Positions 60,496 through 64,000 of a stretch of 64,000 bases of DNA are shown here, piece after piece (within the stretch, counting starts at the first letter, position 1; each line of letters begins with the position of its first letter). Below the pieces are notes generated by a model. It ran no database searches. It saw only the letters and a list, made by a program, of their open reading frames with translations, and was not told where the DNA came from. Origin of the DNA: Eledone cirrhosa (taxonomy: Eukaryota); contig OZ024742.1 in the NCBI GenBank assembly GCA_964016885.1, positions 220,100,001 to 220,164,000 on the forward strand, read 5' to 3'. The translations under genes were made by a program, and so were the position numbers.

Positions 60496-60921
60496 ATATA
60501 TATATACGTAATTAACAAATGGAAACTATATTTATATAAGTTAAAACAATGAAATAAAAAATCAAGTCATTAGAGATATACTTCACTGCTCTATGATCGT
60601 TTCAAGATGATGATAATACATTGTAGCTATACTCAGTTATTGATCTATGTAAGGTTAGTTACAAACTATCAAATAAAGAGAATATTTACTTACATGCATA
60701 TCACCAGCCGTTTTCTTGATTTTTTATTTCATTGTTTTAACTTATATCATGACTCTGTTTTCCTTTTAATGTTTTATTGTTTTCCGAGATTTATCTTAAC
60801 CTACAACATTTTCAACATATGGATTACATCGAGTTCTTCATGCAGAATAGACCCCACAATCCAAAAAGGGCTCGATAAGGATAAATATATATCAAATATA
60901 TAAGAATTGTAGAGCAAATAT

Positions 60922-61225
60922 TTATTTAAATAATAGATTAAAGTTTAAGCAAAGAATCGCTGCTTTCACTCTTAACAGGATATTCTGAAACTAAAAAAAA
61001 TCAATCTGTGAACGCAGAAGTAAATATTTCGAAAAACGTTGCAGACGAAGGAAAACAGGAAGACGATACTTTGGATCGTGAAGATGTTCCCTGGCAATGA
61101 ACGGAAAAAAGCGAAGATAATACGTCGTTATGTGGAGCGATGAGAACAATTACACGCAAAGACAAAGCCGTTAACGGTGAAAGCAGCGATTCTTTGCTTA
61201 AACTTTAATCTGTTATTTTAATAAA
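60922..61225. repeat. Inverted repeat of about 50 bp (PLE-like remnant)
   Basis: aataatagattaaagtttaagcaaagaatcgctgctttcac pairs with gtgaaagcagcgattctttgcttaaactttaatctgttatt. Hairpin gccg-ttaa-cggt precedes GAAA. Confidence 0.7.
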
Positions 61226-62299
61226 TGAATATATATATATATATTCATTTATTAAAATATATATATATATAGGTCTGCTTGATCAACGCAATAGTTCCAC
61301 ACAGAATTCATCAAAATATTCCAGCACTTCATATATGAAAATAAACCACATAAAACAATCTAAACATATTGCAATGTAATACTAAAAGTCTAGGTAAGAA
61401 ATTGATAGTCATTAAAGCATTAGACAAAATGCCTTGCTCTATTTGTTCTAAATTCAAATTCCACCAAGTTTAACTTTGCTTTTCATCTTTGGGGTCAATA
61501 AAATAATGTTTCCTTTTATTTATGATCTGAATCAACAAGATCCCAGATCTCATTTGCTTACCAAGTGAGATGGATTTGTCAGATCGGACCAAGGAAACAA
61601 CGTTGCTGATACTATCTACCGGTTACAACTCCTGGCAAAAGGAACACCAATGAAATAAAGTGTCTTGCTCAAGGACGTAACATCACCTGGCCTGGGAATT
61701 GAACTCATAACCTCAATAAAATAAAGTATCAGTATATGACCAATTGGTTGACAGAATTACAATATTCATTCCAGCTGCTCAAATTCTATTGTGGCCTACC
61801 TGGATGGTAGACATAGTCTATAGCCTGATTTAACATCATCATCCGATGATTAGGTGACTTTAGCAGAGTCCATTCTATAGCAAGCTTTTGAACCAGATCC
61901 CCAGTTTAATGACATCTTATTCCCTCCCACCCTTTCATTAGTCTTGGAGGCTCTGAAATGGGTCATAGACACTGCCCACTTCTCCTGGACGAAACAGTAA
62001 AATAAATTAAAATAATTACAATCACTTCATGTTGCTGTTATACAAGAAATGAAGTAACAAGCTCAATACAGGACACATCAAATTCCAAATGTTCCATTAA
62101 TGCGACTAAACTGACCAAGTCACTAAGGAGATCTTATGGCATACATGAAATCACACAACTATAATATAGCAGAATTGTAAGCACTCAAAATGAAAGCCAA
62201 CAACATGTTAGACTTACTTAGACTTCAAAGCTCCCACATTTTAAAGACATATGAGGCAGCCAAAGTGCTACAATGACCATGATCAGTTGCATCTATCTA

Positions 62300-62500
62300 A
62301 ACATCATTCCAACTTTTGTTGATGGGCTTCAAGTCCCTGTTAATTGTCTGACACCAGTGCATCTTGGGACGTCCTCTTCACCTCTTTCTATAGGGGTACC
62401 AATGCAGGACCTAATTAGCATGTCTCTCAGTTGGGAGGTGTGTCACATGTCCCAACCAGCCAAGTCAATGCTTGCATATGATGTTAAACACACACTGTTG
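62300..62500 (-). mobile_element. Old RTE-clade 3' fragment
   Basis: Minus-strand translation LGWLGHV...VLHWYP..R.RGRPKMHW. Confidence 0.6.
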
Positions 62501-63579
62501 GTGCATTTGTTGACAGGCTTTTTTGTTAACTTAGTAATAAATAACTATCTACCATCACAACAACTAACTCTACAGGCTGCACATCTTACCTACTTCAGCA
62601 TAACTCCCTCCCAAACAACATTGGAGGAGACTTCAATGCATTCATCACATTCTGGTACAAAACCAATTCAAGGTGAATACTTGTGTTTGAACTATGCTAC
62701 ATGTCAGCAAGATGTGAGCCTTGAGTGAATAACATCAGCAGTAACTAAAATAAAATTAGGTATGTGTGCACTATTATGTATCTAATATTAGTGTACATGA
62801 ATGACAAAACAAAAGTGAACTGAGAGAAAATCTGAGTGTAAGAGAAACAATTGTACTAGTATGGTTATGTGATGCATAAAAAGAGCAAAAATTGTATTTA
62901 AAAAGTGCTGAGTACAGAACAATGGCAGAGGGAGAAAAGGGAGACACTGGACACAGTTGAGAAGAATAACCTCAAGAAACTAAACCACACAAGAGATGAC
63001 ATAGGATCTGTCATGATAATTTGGGGTATGCCATAATAATTTAATAAGCTTAAAAGGGTGAAAGATAATGTTGAGCTCAGTATGATTTGAACACTGAGTA
63101 TACAGAGTTGGAACAATTACCATGAGGTAATTCATTCGACGCAACTGCCAGATCACTGCCTTAGAAGGAATATCAATGAATAGTGCACACTGAAGTACGG
63201 ATCATTAACTTTCCACTCACATCAATAGTCTGCAGGGATGTCAATATTGAGGACACAGAATTATTTCAGATGCCCCACCAATTAAAAGTTGCTCCATGTC
63301 TTTGTTACCATCTGATTGTTGCAGTTATTTAGCCCAAGATCAGCCTCAATCTAGCAGACCTATATTCAAAGACATTCAAACTAGAACCATCTCATGTTTG
63401 TATACTCAACACTGACTTATCCAATGTATCCTGCCTATTTTTAAGATGAGAGAGTGATTTGGCTATCTTTTTCCTAATAGTTCCAGTGATCATAGAATGT
63501 TTTTCATCATTGGCTTCATCCTATCTGGTATTATCCATCTAAAGCACATCTAAAAATGACCAGAGACACATCTTATAGC

Positions 63580-63790
63580 CTGCCAGATGTATATCTGATA
63601 GATGCCAGATGTATATTTGATAAATGCCAGATGTATATTTGATAAATGCCAGAAGTACTTCTGATAAATGCCAGAAGTACTTCTTATAGATGTCAGAAGT
63701 ACTTCTGATAGATGCCAGAAGTACAGCTGGCAGATGACAAATGTCTGGTAAATGCCAGATGCCTGGTAACTGCAGAAGTATATTTGGTCC
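63580..63790. repeat. 22-bp minisatellite (gata(a/g)atgccagaagtacttct)
   Basis: atgccaga recurs at 22-bp spacing. Confidence 0.85.
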
Positions 63791-64000
63791 TAAAAGTTAA
63801 AGACAAGGAATAGTTTCTAAAATTGCCACACAGCCAAACACCAGCCTCTGCCATTCCTGTGATTGGAATGTGTGCCTATGTGTGGGTGTATTTAGACATG
63901 CATTAATGTGTTTATATTTTCCAGTGTAACTATATTTCTATTGTAATTCTGTTACCATTGTATTTACTGTTGTAATGTCCAAGTTGAATCAATCAATCAA

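Overview
AT-rich eukaryotic (metazoan) genomic DNA, almost certainly intronic or intergenic. The SINE and LINE families resemble those of octopod cephalopods (recognition, not a database result). No host protein-coding gene can be supported. The window is a dense, nested transposon landscape. It holds a frameshifted Tx1/L1-clade LINE running off the left edge, several RTE-clade LINE fragments (one family has a PHD finger inside its RT region, another has three C-terminal C2H2 fingers), two coding Penelope-like elements (PLEs), a complete hAT/Buster element with 8-bp TSD, a DD37E Tc1-like element, two non-autonomous Helitrons, MITEs, dozens of tRNA-derived SINE copies, and micro/minisatellites. 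The most striking unexplained structure is a set of about 9 fold-back (head-to-head inverted) insertions sitting mostly in (TA)n tracts. Most carry minimal type-I hammerhead ribozyme motifs from different PLE families, including a U3-A8 covariant inside a 142-bp-arm palindrome. Two of them share a promoter-HHR-ORF-start cassette that reveals the missing PLE N-terminus. Boundaries were read by eye and are approximate unless TSDs or TIRs are cited.
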